A stretch of DNA of 64,000 bases from Gracilinanus agilis (Eukaryota): NCBI RefSeq assembly GCF_016433145.1, contig NC_058133.1, positions 458,484,590 to 458,548,589 of the forward strand, in the 5' to 3' direction. Made by a program: the position numbers and the translations under genes. The notes beneath the pieces were generated by a model that saw nothing but the letters and a program-made list of their open reading frames with translations, was not told where the DNA came from and ran no database searches. Of this stretch, positions 12,801-26,365 are shown piece after piece. Each line of letters begins with the position of its first letter. Position 1 is the first letter of the stretch.

Positions 12801-15231
12801 GCTCCAGTAAGTTCTCATATGACAGACATTCCTCCTCCTCAGAAGCTGAAAAATAAGTGTCACGAATAGGGAGATAATTCACATTTGGCCCCAGAGGAAT
12901 AAAACTTTAGAATTTCATTTCTTCCCTTCTTTCTGTTCCTGTGGGAATTAAGAAGTTGTGTTGTTGTACTGGGGCTGACATGTGCACTAGAACCACTCCA
13001 TTCTTCCCTGTATGGAATTGCCAATGTTTCTGGGTTTTTTTTGGTGATGAGATGTATGGGCTCTCTGGATTGGCCATAATTATTCATTCTGTGCCACTTA
13101 TAAATGTATGTCTTTTTCCCCAAAACTTTTCTAATATTTTTTCTTTAAATTACACGAAAAAATAATTTTTAACCTTTGTTTTTTTTTTTTAAGTTTGGCC
13201 CAAATTCTCTTCCTCTCTTCCACCCTTCTTCTCTTCCTCGTTTTCTGAGTCAGTAAGCAATCTGATATAGATTTTACATGTGTAATAGTATAAAACATCT
13301 TTCCACATTTGTCACTTTGGGGAAGAGAACTTGAACAAAGAAAAGAAAAGTGAAGAAATAAAGTGAAATATAGCTTGTCTTGGTCTGCATTCAGACTCCT
13401 GTAAATATGTAAGTAAATATATGTGTATAAGCTTCATGAATACACTTCAGGTAAACTGAGGTACCAAGGGAAGTGATTTGCCCACTGGGCTTTTGGTGCA
13501 CATGAAGAATTCTCTCTCTTTCCCCTCTTTCACTTGTCATTTGCCCCTCTTTAAGGTTCATGTTAACAGTTACAGTATTATCTCAGGGTAATCCAGACTT
13601 GGAACCGTCACAAACAGAGACAACAGAGACAGCCACCCTGGCTGCTGTAAATCTATCCAGATAACAACGAATAAATTAGCACATATTCGAAAGGAAATTT
13701 GTCTTGGGTCTAAAACTGCCATTTGCTCAGGAAACCTCCCACCAGAGAAGGACCCAAGGGAGAACAGATAAAAGAAGATAGAGAGAAATGGAATTGTTCC
13801 ATTTATCTCCCCAAGGGGAAAATGCAATCAGGCTGAAGAGAAACTCTCTTACTGAACACATTAGCTTTTTACCAGCACTTCTGAAGGATGCGGGATGGAG
13901 CCTGACTGACCTTAGAGATGCACATTCCTAAGCCAAGATCCTTGCCTAGGTTTTATTACAGTGTGAGTGAGTGGAATTAGAAGACTACGCGTATCTGTTT
14001 CATGATGGTACTTAGAGATTCTTGCCAAAGGCACAGAGAAAATAGTCATTTCAGCATACTTTTCCCTATTTTTCTCTACACCCAGCATGTGAGCAGCTAG
14101 TCAAGTCAATTCAATCATTATTTATTACTTGCCAGGGAAAAAAATCTTTGCTCACTGGTGAAGAAGACGAGTGACCATTTACAGTTAATATAGCTACTGA
14201 ATAGTAAATATTTTCTATTTAAGATAATCATTTGGCCCAGAATTTATACAATATTCCTTAAAAACAAACTAAAGAGGGGCAACTAGGTGGCTCAGTGGCC
14301 TGATGTCAGGGGTCCTGGGTTCAAATTTGACCTTAGACACTTCCTAGCTGTGTGACCCTGGGCCAGTTACTTATCTCCAATTGCTTAGTCCTTATCATTT
14401 TTCTGTCTTGGAATCGATAAGGAAAAAATCCAACAACAACAACAAAAAACAACCTATAAACTAAAGGGCTCAATGCAGTATAACCACATTAACATTCTTC
14501 TCCAGCCTTGTGAGACAGGGAAAGAAAGATGATGGGAAAAGCAGGATTTCCCAGAAGTGGTTTGCCCAAAGGGCCACTATATTGATTGACAGCAGAGAGG
14601 TAAGAACTGAGGTTTCCTTTCTCTGGCATCCAGACCTGAAGCAAGAGCTTGTGGAGAAAAGGGAATCCTTAATGCTCTCCAAATTTTAATCCCTGCACTT
14701 TGAATCTGGCTAAATACTAAAAAAGCATAAGAAAGTCCTGCTCGATAACTGATACTCCGGTACACAATAAATGCCTAATAAATGTCTTTTTTCTTTTTTT
14801 TTAATTTTTAAATATTTTTCCTTGTTTCCATGATTCATTTTCTTTCCTTTCCCTCCCCTCTTTCCTCCCCCTTCCTGGAGCTGACAAGCAATTCCACCGG
14901 GTTATACAAATGTTATCACTTGATATCTATTTCCATATTATTCATTTTTGCTATAGAGTGATTTCTTAAAGCCTAAGCCTCAAATCATGTACCCATATAT
15001 ACATGTGATAGTGATGTCATATGTTTTGCTTTTGCATTTCTACTCCCACAGTTCTTTCTCTCAATGTGGATAGCATTCTTTCCCAAAAATCCTTCAGGAG
15101 CGTCCTGGCTTGTTGCATCGCTACTAGTAGCAAAGTCCATTACCTAATAAATATGTTTAATTGATGCATATTAAAACCAAATTTCAAAAGTTGCTTTTTA
15201 TTGTTTATAATATATTATCAAAAATAGAAAA

Positions 15232-15700
15232 TTTTTATTTAATTGATTAATTTAGAATATTTTTTCCATGGTTACATGATTCATGTTCTTTCCCTCCTCT
15301 CCTCCCACTCCCCTCCCATACCCAACAAGCAATTCTACTGGGTTTTACATGTGTCATTGATCAAGATCTATTTCCATGTTATTAATATTTACATTAGGGT
15401 GATTGCTTAGAGTCTGCATCCCCAATCATATTCCCATCGACCCATGTGATCAAGCAATTGTTTTTCTTCTGTGTTTCTGCTCCCACAGTTCTTTCTCTGG
15501 ATGTGGATAGTTTTCTTTCTCATAAATTCCTCTGGATTTTCCTGGATCATTCCATTGCTGCTAGCATAGGAGTCCATTATATTTGATTGTACCACAGTGT
15601 ATCAGTCTCTGTGTACAATGTTCTCCTGGTTCTGCTCCTTTCGCTCTGCATCAATTCCTGGAGGTCTTTCCAGTTCACATGGAATTCCTCCAGTTCATCA
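15232..15700 (-). mobile_element. L1 3' end, antisense; a related fragment lies at about 14790-15145
   Basis: Reverse complement of the 9430-9880 segment at high similarity. Confidence 0.88.
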
Positions 15701-17621
15701 AAAAAATTTTTTTAAACCATTGTCAGAAGCTCTCTATCTCAAAATTGGAACTAATATGTTTATTGTTAACTCTTCTTGCTTCCCCCTTTCTGGGGAATAA
15801 AGCTATTTGCTTTTAGTTCTGATATTTTATAATTTTATACTACTCTAAAGGGGCAGCAAAGTGGCTCACTGGATAGAGAGTGCCTGGGTTCAAATTTAGC
15901 CTGACACCTAAGCAAGTCAACTTAACCCCTATTGCCTGGTCCTTGTTTCCCTTTTTTCCTTAGAACCAATACACAGTATTGATTTTAAGATGGAAGGTAA
16001 GAGTTTAAAATGTTTTATATTGCCCTACCATAGAACTAAAATCCATTTATTCTTGGCTTTTATGTAGTTTTGCACATTTCTTTATTACATGAATTTGGAG
16101 TAGAAAGCAGGAAGGAAATTAAAAACCTCCTTGGTTCATAGGTCAATAGATCTGGAACTGACCTGAACCTTAGAGGCCCTCTAGTTCCCTCATTTTAATA
16201 ATGATAATGACTATGGTGATGCTGTCCAGCATTTAGCACCTAAAGGTTTGCAAAGCACTTTACATTCATTAACTCATCTGACAGAAACTTTGTGAAGTTG
16301 CTATTATTATTTCCATTTTATAGATGGGGGGGGGGGGGGGAAAGGTGCAGAAAGAGTAGATGACTTGCCCAGTCACACAAGTAGAAAATGTTTGAAGTAG
16401 GATTTGAATTCAGCTCTTTCTGACTCCAAGGCTTGCCCTCTACCCTCTGCACCACCAAATTTCATTTTATAAAGAGACAGAGGACTAGCTGTCCTCTGTT
16501 ACAGACTTGTAGTTATGGCTTTGGGGTAAGTTTCCTCATCTCTCTGACTCCATATCCTCATCTTAAAAATAAGGGAGTTAGATGATGTCACCTCTAAGCC
16601 TTCTCTTAACTGTAACATATTAGAAATTTTTCAGTTTATTTTTTTTCCTAAGGGTACAGCTACAACAGAGAAAACTTCTGTTTCCGGTTTTTCAGGTTTT
16701 AGATTGTTTCAGGTTTAGTGGCAATATAAAGATGAAAAAGAAGCCACAGGTGACTGGCTCCATTGTTTATACTTTTAATGGCTAAAGTGTTAAAATGTTT
16801 AATGTTTAAACAATGTTTAAATAATAAAAGTTTGTAAAGCCATTTGGCCCATCTATTGTGTTTTTCCTCTTTGAACTGTTTATTGCTAATTCTATTCTTT
16901 CCATAGCTTATCAGATAATTGAAGTGGACTGGGGATTATCTATTCTATAGAAGAGAGAATTAAAAGGACAAGTGAATAGATTTTATATCCAGCTAGTCGT
17001 GGATTAGAAATGGGAATCCCCAAATACCCTGTTCTGTTACCTGTCATGGTACTTATAAATGCTAAGCAGCAGTATAAAACCACCCAGGGTGGGAAGGAAT
17101 CTGAGAAATACAAGAAACAACAGTTATGATCATAACTTGTTCAAGTTTTCCTGTGGCCTGGACACTTTCTTATGGGAAATTGAAGTTTATCTGTTCTTCA
17201 GTTTGGAGCAATCAAAACTCAGCCCTTGCCAACACCACACACCCCATCTCTTTTTGTTGGGATTTCCCTCTTTCCCTCCAGGTTCTCTCAATTTTGTGGG
17301 TCAGTGACCATTTATTTTGAAAGAACAAGAAAGAATCCTAAAGCATCTGTATGAAAAACTTGCAGTTCCATTGACAAGATAACATTCCATCCAAGAGAAA
17401 TGAATCAAGTCACTTCGGTGATTGGTCATATCGCCTGATGATCATTTCTAACCTTAAGAGTTGTTGCTGTCACCTAGGTGTCCAGGGAGCTTGGGATCCT
17501 TGAAAGGACTCTTCATTTAGAACACTTTTTACCTAGGGAAGGCAAGGGACAAGCAGGTGTGCCTCTGTGTACCTGATGACTGCCTCACACTCATTGTATG
17601 TTTCCTCTCTCTTCCCTACAG

Positions 17622-17742
17622 TCTGAGTATCACTACGAGTACACTGCGTGTGACAGCCTGGGCTCCAGATGGAGGGTTGCTGTGCCCCACACACCTGGAT
17701 TGTGCACCAGCCTCCCTGATCCAGTGAAGGGCACCGAATGCT
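17622..17742 (+). CDS. ELAPOR1: ELAPOR1 exon 2 (121 nt): [40 protein letters not shown]
   Basis: ttccctacag acceptor; gtaagc donor; phase 0 to 1. Confidence 0.96.
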
Positions 17743-17901
17743 GTAAGCAGCTGTCACCACAAGCTCCCCTATTATTATCCCCATTTTACAGATGAGAAAA
17801 TTGTATACCACCTCTGTCATGGTCTTGCCCAGCACAGATCTGATAGTCTAAGCCCTTTTGTTCCTCATTTTGGGGAAGTAGAGGATGTCTTGGGGAAATC
17901 A

Positions 17902-18163
17902 NNNNNNNNNNNNNNNNNNNNNNNNNNNNNNNNNNNNNNNNNNNNNNNNNNNNNNNNNNNNNNNNNNNNNNNNNNNNNNNNNNNNNNNNNNNNNNNNNNN
18001 NNNNNNNNNNNNNNNNNNNNNNNNNNNNNNNNNNNNNNNNNNNNNNNNNNNNNNNNNNNNNNNNNNNNNNNNNNNNNNNNNNNNNNNNNNNNNNNNNNNN
18101 NNNNNNNNNNNNNNNNNNNNNNNNNNNNNNNNNNNNNNNNNNNNNNNNNNNNNNNNNNNNNNN
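17902..18163. other. Assembly gap overlapping exon 3. Other gaps: 2306-2440, 29746-30085, 41538-41719, 42328-42512; single N at 47917.
   Basis: N runs. Confidence 0.99.
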
Positions 18164-18250
18164 GGATGAATTACCACATGGATTTGCCACCCTAGCAACC
18201 AACATGGAGATTGATGAAGACTTCACTGAATCATCTGAGAACTGTACCTC
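18164..18250 (+). CDS. ELAPOR1: ELAPOR1 exon 3, visible 3' part: [28 protein letters not shown](S)
   Basis: Matches human [29 protein letters not shown]. Donor gtgagt at 18251. The 5' part and acceptor fall in gap 17902-18163. Confidence 0.92.
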
Positions 18251-21200
18251 GTGAGTTTAGTATCCATCTGTGAGAGACCCCTCAACCTCATTTCTCTAGG
18301 AAGAAGGTTGTAGTACTAGCCATGCAATTATGGGCAAGTTTAGGGAGGGCTTTTCACAAGTATTTCCTTTGAGCCTTGTAGTTACCCTTTGAGATCATCA
18401 GGGAAAGTATTATACATCCTATTTTATAGACGAGGAAACTAAGGTCTTTGAGGACTTGCCCAAGGGATTAGATGATTTCTAAAGTTCCTTCCAACTCTGA
18501 AATTCTGTGAAACACCCCTCTAGACCTTGGAAGATTATCCTTTGGAGTCCCAAAACTTGTTACCTGTGGGGACAGTCTGGTGATTTGTCTAGTCTTTCTA
18601 TGACTACACTAGAGCAGTGCTTGGAAACTTGACCTGAAAGTCCCCCACTGATTCTCGACTCAAAGCCTTTTCAGCTTGATAGGACCTCAAAATGGCAGGA
18701 TGGCAAAAGGGAGAAAGGATTGAACTTGGAGTCAAGAAGACAATATCAAATCCCACCTCAGAGAAATACTAATTTAGGCAGCGAGGGGGCACAAAAAATA
18801 GAATGCTGGCCTGGGAGTCAGTGAGACTAAACTTTGGCCTCTGATACTTAATAGCTAGGTGACCCTGGTATAGTCACTTTACTTGTTTACCTCAGTTTAC
18901 TCATCTATAAAATAATATATAATAGCACTCACATCCCAGGGCTGTTACGAGGATAAAATGAGGTTATATTTGTAAAGAGCTTTGGAAACCTTAAAATGTC
19001 ACATATTGTTGTTGCTGTTGCTGTTGTCATTGTCATCGTCGTCGTTAAATCGTTTCAGTCATGTCTGACTCTCTGTGACCCCATTACATATTGTCTTGAC
19101 AAAGATACTAGTGTAGTTTGCTATTTCCTTCTCCAGGTTATTTTTATAAATGAGGAAACTGAGGCAAAGAGGTTCAGTGACTAGCCTAGGATTCCACAGC
19201 TAGTAAGTGTTTGAGGCTAAATTTGAACTATAGCACCACATAGATATTAGCTTTTATTACTATTACTAGAATTACTATTTAATTTCTCTGTGCCTTAATT
19301 ACCTCATTTGTAAAATGAAAAGGTTGGACTTGATGGCCTCTTAGGTCCCTTAGAGTTCTAAATCCATGTCCTTATTTCCCAGTAGAGTTTCCACTCCATT
19401 GGCATGACTTCAAGGATTCACAGTTACCTGCATAACATGATGAAGTATTAGAGAAAAAATTCTGAGGTGACAGATCTCACTAAAATCTGCCATATAACAT
19501 TATTGTTCCTACATTGAAACATAGTAAATGATGCAAACAAAGAGTTGGACTTCCTCCTTGGAGCTTGGTGTAAACTCCTAAATGGAGCTCAGCCAAACCC
19601 AAATGGTGGAACTCTTGGGGACACAACTTGGGTTAAACATGGCTTGATGGTTGCCAAAGTCTATTACAGCCTAAAGATCACAAAATCTATCAGCTAAAGA
19701 CATCTTTACTCCAAGGAGACGGGAGATAGCCATCCTTATTGGGGATGCTGGTCCACTGATAGCATATCTTTGGATGTTTGTTCATTCATTCAACAGATAT
19801 TTACTGAGCATTTATTATGTACAAGGTACTCAGCACAGGCATTGTGGAGGATCCAAAGATATATAAGACATTGTACATTATGCTTTGTTAAATAGTGTTG
19901 ACATGGAAAAATTGTTGTCATTGATGAAGAAAGAAAATAAGTTAACATTTTCTTTTAAGTAGTACCAAGCTAATATTAATATGAGATGAAAGGCATTGAA
20001 TCACTGCATCAGATCTTGAAATTTGGAAAACAGGGGAGACTGCGCAAATTCCCAAAGTTCCATCTCTTGGAAGACTCATTAAGTCTGTCTGTGTTAAGCA
20101 GAATGGACATTTAATGGAGCAATTTGATTTCTTTCTGCGTTCATTTTTATGCTCTGTGGTGGGTATTAGCATGACAACAGATTTCCTGAGAGGGTGGGAA
20201 ACTGAGACAGGCTGGTAACAAAAAAGCTAGAAGAGGAGACAGAATGTATGGGGTTAAGGCAACCACTATTTAAGTCCTAATGGAGAATGTAATTTGGTCA
20301 GAACAAGATGCAGGCTCAGCCCATATGATCAATTCACTTCCGAACATAGAAAGGCTTTCTTAACTCTCTAGAGAGAGCCATGAGATAGATTTCAGAGATT
20401 ATCTCTCAGCTCAGTTCAGTGAAGCAGGATGTAGGATAATATAACATTGTTTATTTCTACAGAGCCTTTCTTCCAGGAGTACAGAAGGCTTCAGAGACTG
20501 GTTTCATTCATTTCTTTCACACACTTTAAGGACAAGGATTTTTACTTCCTATTAGAAAAAGTGAGACTTGGAAGGCTCAAAAAGGGTTGGGGACCTGTCC
20601 AAGGTCCCACAGCAAGGAAATGACCGAGTTAGGACTAATGCAAAGAAATAGGGTTTTCCAGTTCAGTTGTGTGATTGATCTTGTAGATATTTCTCTCGAG
20701 TGGGGTCCTGGGGCTTCAGACGATGGGCCTGTTATAGGAAAAGAATGGGTATTTAGGACTAAGGACTAAGGAACAAAAGGGAAAGAAAGAACAAGAGGCT
20801 GAAGAAAAGGAGGAAAGGGCAAGTGTATGAATACCAGGGAAGGGATCAAAGAAGGATGGGAGACCTAGAACTGGAAGAGGCCTTAGACAATCCCCTAAGG
20901 ACACAGGAGGGAAGTGACTTGACTGAGATCTCTCAAGGAGTTAAGCGACACAGCCTGGATTTGAACTTGGCTCCTCTGATTCCTGATCTTGTGTTCTTTT
21001 CTACTGTACCTCACTGCCTTGGGGATCCCAACCTTTGGAAACCCTTTAATTAGACTAAGTTCTCTTTCTTCTCCTTACCAACATGATGAGACTAGGGTTT
21101 ATGAGGACTAGATTCTATCTATGCTGTGTAATACCACTTCTTTGACTGTGCCTTAGTTTCCCCAAGACCATAGTGGATTTCACAGTGGGATGTCAACATT

Positions 21201-22765
21201 AAGTAAATCCCCTTGTGACCCTTCTTTCATAGATGGAGGTCTGGACCTGAAAGTGCTTTTGTCTATGAAGCTTCTCTTTTCAATCAGGGACGCTGAGACC
21301 TGACAAAATCAAGGCTGTTTATATACAACTTGCAAATGTAACCTACTTTTGGCATCAATTTAATAATTCATCAAACCTCAGAGGTTATTTATAGCCGGCG
21401 CTGGGTGGCAAGTTTTGTCTTTTTCAGAACAAGAGAGATCAATGCCATTTAGGTTAATGATGAGCTCAGCTTTGGGGAGTTGAAAGTATTTCCATTTAAT
21501 GAGGAGCACTGCTGCATTTTGTGGCAAAAGCAAAAGGGAGCACTTTTCGGGGTATGGCCTCTTGGGTAAAATACAAAATCTTCCCTTTGGCATTGAGAAT
21601 CCTTCACTGTCTAGCTCTAGCCTACCTTTTCAGGCAAGTTCGCATTCCTCTCCTTCACAAATTCTGTATATACAGCATTCCATCTCCTCCTCCCCTGCCT
21701 TTGCCCATACCTGGAATGCATGATAACTAGGTGACAAAGTGTTGGACCTAGAGTCAGGAAGTCATGAGTTCAAGCCCTGCCTTAGACACTTACTAGCTGT
21801 GTGGCCCTGGGCAAGTCACTTAACCCCATTTGCCTCAATTTCCTCATCTGTCAAATGATCCGGAGAAGGAAATGGCAAACCACTCCAGTGTCTTTGCCAA
21901 GAAAACCCCAAAATGGGTCAGAAAGAGTTGGGCATACCTGAAGAGGAATACACTTCTTTCTTGCCTTGTCCTTTTAACCTAACTCCTTCAGAGCCCCATT
22001 ATGCCACCACAACACTTTGCTTCTCCCTATCCCTCCTATTTGGTATTTACATGTTGTTATCCCTCCCTCTGAACCCCCTTCTCTCAGTCTCTTTCTTCTA
22101 TTATTACCTTCCACTATTACACTGTATATCTCATGTATGTACATAACTGATTACATATTGTCTTCCTTTTTAGGATGTGAGCTCTTTGAAAATGAATCAT
22201 ATAACCATGGAAAAATATATTTAAAATTAAAAAAAAAACTTAAAAAAAAGAATGTGAACTCTTTGAGAGCAGGAATAGTATTTCCGCCCTTTTTTGTACT
22301 TACAAAACTTAGCCTGGAACATAATAGGGTTTAAAAAATATTTGTAGGATGAATGAATGAATGATGGATGGAGGTTTTTTTGCTAGAGTTAAGGAATATG
22401 GCAAAATAGGTGACTTGTCTATTAAAATATTGTTTCAAAACCATCCTACAGGCAGAGGAGAGGAGCCATTTCTAGAGAAATAGATTGGATTGGGCTACAC
22501 ACCAGAATCCCTAGTTCTACTTGCATCTTTCCTGTTGACTTGCTCCTAGTCTTTGGATATACGTTATATGATGTGGGTATTCAGGCTTCCCTCCCTACTT
22601 ATAGACATTGGGAGGAGAAATTAAGGTTTTCATTCAAGAGAAGGTAAAGATCCTAGAGAGTAGCTCAGAATCTCAGGTTAATCATTGCATATTTATTGTT
22701 TCCAAGTTTTCTACCCCATGATTTAAAGTGTATAGAAATTAGAGAAATAGTCCATGAGAGAGACA

Positions 22766-22769
<4 letters not shown>

Positions 22770-22803
<34 letters not shown>

Positions 22804-22815
22804 AAGAGAGAGAGA
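22770..22815. repeat. (GA)n microsatellite
   Basis: Direct reading. Confidence 0.9.
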
Positions 22816-24966
22816 ATTAAGGCCTATTTGAGTTCTAGAAGAAATATTACTAGGAACTTACAGTTTACAGAGTGCTTTCCTTTCAACAACAGTGGTTGAG
22901 AATAGAGACTCAGACTCATACCAGCCCAGAAGGACTAAGGACAATAATTTACTCATGGCCATCCAACTAATAGATGTGAGAATCACAGGAGAGAGTCTTC
23001 ATTAAAGTTTCTGTATACATGATAGGATCGGGTAGCTAGATCACTGAGCACAGAATCCTCCACATAACAGGACTTCACACATATTTGTGGATACTGATGA
23101 TGGATACCTGTTCCCCATCTCTGCTGAGCTCAGAACAAAAGAACATGAGTTTTCATTGCAGAAAAAAATAAATTCAGATCAGATGGTAAGAAGAGAATTG
23201 TGACTACATAATTTTCAAGGGACTGGATGCTTTTCCAGTAGAGCTTTGGGTATTTTAAAGACGAGGCTAGAGAACCATCTGCCCAGGATAGTTTAAGTGC
23301 TAGGTTACCTGGAGTTGAAAGCATTTCTCTCAACATCCTAGGCAACCTAAAGCATTTCTTTCCATTCTTTGTCCAACAGAATGAGATGCCCTCCTAACAA
23401 AAGGTAATTAAAGGTTCCCAACAATCTCTGATAATCAATGGTTATTTTATATCAAACACATTGTCAATCAGGAAACATTTATTAAATGCCAACTATGTGC
23501 CAGCATAATGTGTGCTGGGGAATACAAAGACAAAAGTGGAAAAAAAAAATCCCTGCCACCAAGGAGCTTATATTCCAAAGGGAGAGACAGTATGTACATA
23601 TATAAATATATATGTTTATGCATAGAAACATAATATATACATTTATAAGTATGTAAACATTATATGCATATCCAGAATAAATACAAGATTTGTGGGGGAG
23701 GAGTTGGAGTGGGGAAGTGGAGGGAGAAGAGAAGGGGATAAGGAAGATGAAAATCAAGATGTCAATAGTATCTTCAAATGGATTATAATATACAGAAATA
23801 CATATAGTAGTTGAGCTATAATTAGGATGGAGTGACTAGAGCTTTGCCTCAGGGTGGTGAAATTTCAAGGGTACTAATAGTACTTGTACTTTTTTTTAAA
23901 GCCCTTACTTTCTCCCTTAGAATCAATACTATGTATTGGTTCCAAGGCAGAAGAATGGTAAGAGCTAGGCGATGGGGGTTAAGTGACTTACCTAAGGTCA
24001 CACAGCTGGGAAGTGTCTGAGGCCAGATTCGAACCTAGGACCTCCCATCTCTAGTCCTGGCTCTCAATCCACTGAGCTACCCTGCTGCCCCCAGTACTTG
24101 TACTTTTTAGCACGAAGAAACAACAGGTTTTAGTATTTGGTCAACAAGAATAATGGGTTGAAATAAGAAGCTGCCAAATGGCCCACTTCCCTCTCACTTC
24201 CTCCTCATGTCTGTACCCCAGGTAAGTTCCTCTTCAACTCTGTTCTTCTCCCCCATGGTGTCTGTCCTGATGGTGGTCACCTGGTGTTCCAGGGTTTCTG
24301 ACTTCCCTCTATGGAGCACTATCCTAGGAACTCTTCCTCTATGAAACCTTGTGGACCAAGGTCTCTCCTCAAAGTCTCCATTCAATCTCAACTGAATTTG
24401 TTTTTAAAAACTTGTTAGGAAGAGATATTTTCTGACGTTTGTCCTGAGCACAAGAAATACTAGTTAGTTAGGATTCAACATAGCAGTGCTAGGACACCAC
24501 ACTTCACACAATTCTCTAATTCCCTGAGGTTGTGTAGAAATGAATGTTTGAAAATCATATCAGGTTTTTAAAGTGAGTTTGCAATTAAAAAAATCCTATG
24601 TGTCTTTGTACAGTGAAGCATACTTTTGTTAAGTGAATGAATTGGATTGTTTACTGTGAGCTCTCCCTCTACTGAGGGCAGACATTAGTCTCCTCTAACT
24701 TCCTCAGATCTCTCCAGAAATTCTTTCCAGTCCAAACTTTAGCTTTTGAGCTTCAGTTCCCTCAATTTATAAAATAAGGGGGCTGGCTCAGCTCTAGATG
24801 ATTTCTGATGTCTTTTTCAAGTCTATGAAAAAGTCTTCCTTGTTCAAGGAAACTTGGTATTCACTGGTTTTGGAATTCCCCCAAAGTACCTGCTAAGGCT
24901 TTAGGCAACCCTTCCTTCCAGTGTTCAACAGGCTTGGAGTGATTTTGGCTTCTTTTTTCCACATAG

Positions 24967-25114
24967 GTCAACCTGGGTTCCCTTGGGTGACTACATCGCC
25001 TCAAATACAGATGAATGCACGGCCACACTGATATATGCTGTCAATCTAAAGCAGTCAGGCACTGTTTCATTTGAATATTTATACCCGGACACTGGAATCA
25101 TCTTTGAGTTTTTT
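24967..25114 (+). CDS. ELAPOR1: ELAPOR1 exon 4 (148 nt): [49 protein letters not shown]
   Basis: ttttttccacatag acceptor; gtaagc donor; phase 2 to 0. Confidence 0.95.
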
Positions 25115-25671
25115 GTAAGCTTTTAGCCAAAGGGGTCACTGGGCTGGTCAGGGGCTGAAATCTGTTTGATGGGAACCACTAGGACAAGGCAGGACTTCTC
25201 CAGCTTGATGCCACAGGGGCTAAAGAGGATTATGAGGGTTGACCCCAAAGACTAGAAGGAACTGGGGGAAAAGTACCAAGGTTGAAAGAGACTGTGGAGC
25301 AGGATGGGATGATTGGGAAGGGAAGCAGAAAGCAGAGGCTGAGAGATTTCTAAGTATTTTGATTTAGGCTGATATGCAAATTATATGTAAATTACATTAG
25401 TGGGGAGAGTTAATTATCTTTTTTTTTTCAATAAGACTATAGCATTCATATAGGATCTTGAAGTCTCTTTGTTATAAGAAACAAAGGACTTTTGGTTTTC
25501 ACTTCTAGCTCAGAGCTGTTATTCTCAAGGAAATTGGCAACTCATTCCCTGTCAAAAAGACCATCTTGAGGTCCATTAAGAATTGTGAGCTAATATCACC
25601 TGGAGTAAAGAATGAATGTATTCATTTCCTAGGGAACCTGAGCCCTGATTTCCTACTTCCTTCTGTCCCAG

Positions 25672-25752
25672 GTTCAGAATGATCAGTGTCAACCTAACAT
25701 AGAAGACTCTAGGTGGATGAAAACCACAGAAAAGGGGTGGCAGTTCCATAGT
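25672..25752 (+). CDS. ELAPOR1: ELAPOR1 exon 5 (81 nt): [27 protein letters not shown]
   Basis: ttctgtcccag acceptor; gtaagt donor. Confidence 0.95.
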
Positions 25753-26365
25753 GTAAGTATGGTGTCAGGCCTCTTTCCAGGCATAGCTAACAGAAACAAA
25801 AAAAGCCTTCTTTTTCCAATCAATTTTCCTCACTAGTCTATGTTTCCATTTAAAAGTTCCTGGACTATTGGGGGACAATGGGTCTGACCTGAGGAAGGGA
25901 AAAAAATCCTATTCTCTTTCCTCTGAGACTAAAGATCTGGCTACTGGTACCCTCCCATCCATTTGAGTTCGATCAGGACATTGGACAGTTTCCTACCTCT
26001 CAGCTACTGATTTTCTAGATACTAGGGATGGAGAGACACAGATGGGAACGAGGGAATTGAAGGCTAATATTATCATTGTCGGCAACCTTGCTCGAGTCAC
26101 CCAAAAGGGGTGTAATCGAGGTCGTGTTTGAAATCACAAACCGAGAGGTCAGGAGAGCAAAAGGGGTGACGGGAAAGTTGGTAGGAGACAGACATAAACT
26201 GGAAAGGAGGTACAAGACTGTGTGATCCTGGCCAAGTTGCTTCTTCTCTCTGGTCTTCAGTTTTCACATCTCTATAAAATAAGGGGGTTGGACCAGGTCA
26301 AAGTTAAGATTCCTCCCACCTTTAAATCATTGGGTGCCTGGAGGATGTGGAAAAGAGACTAGGCA

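Noticed and set aside
17260-17320. Strong acceptor-like tract (ccctctttccctccag) suggesting a poison exon
   Set aside because: No convincing paired donor; such tracts are common
19438-19470. ATGATGA…CTGA box C/D-like pair
   Set aside because: Only about 25 nt apart with no terminal stem; too short for a snoRNA
26100-26175. Short resemblance to mitochondrial rRNA (acgacctcgat on minus; gggtgacggg)
   Set aside because: Matches of 10-11 nt with no extension; not a NUMT
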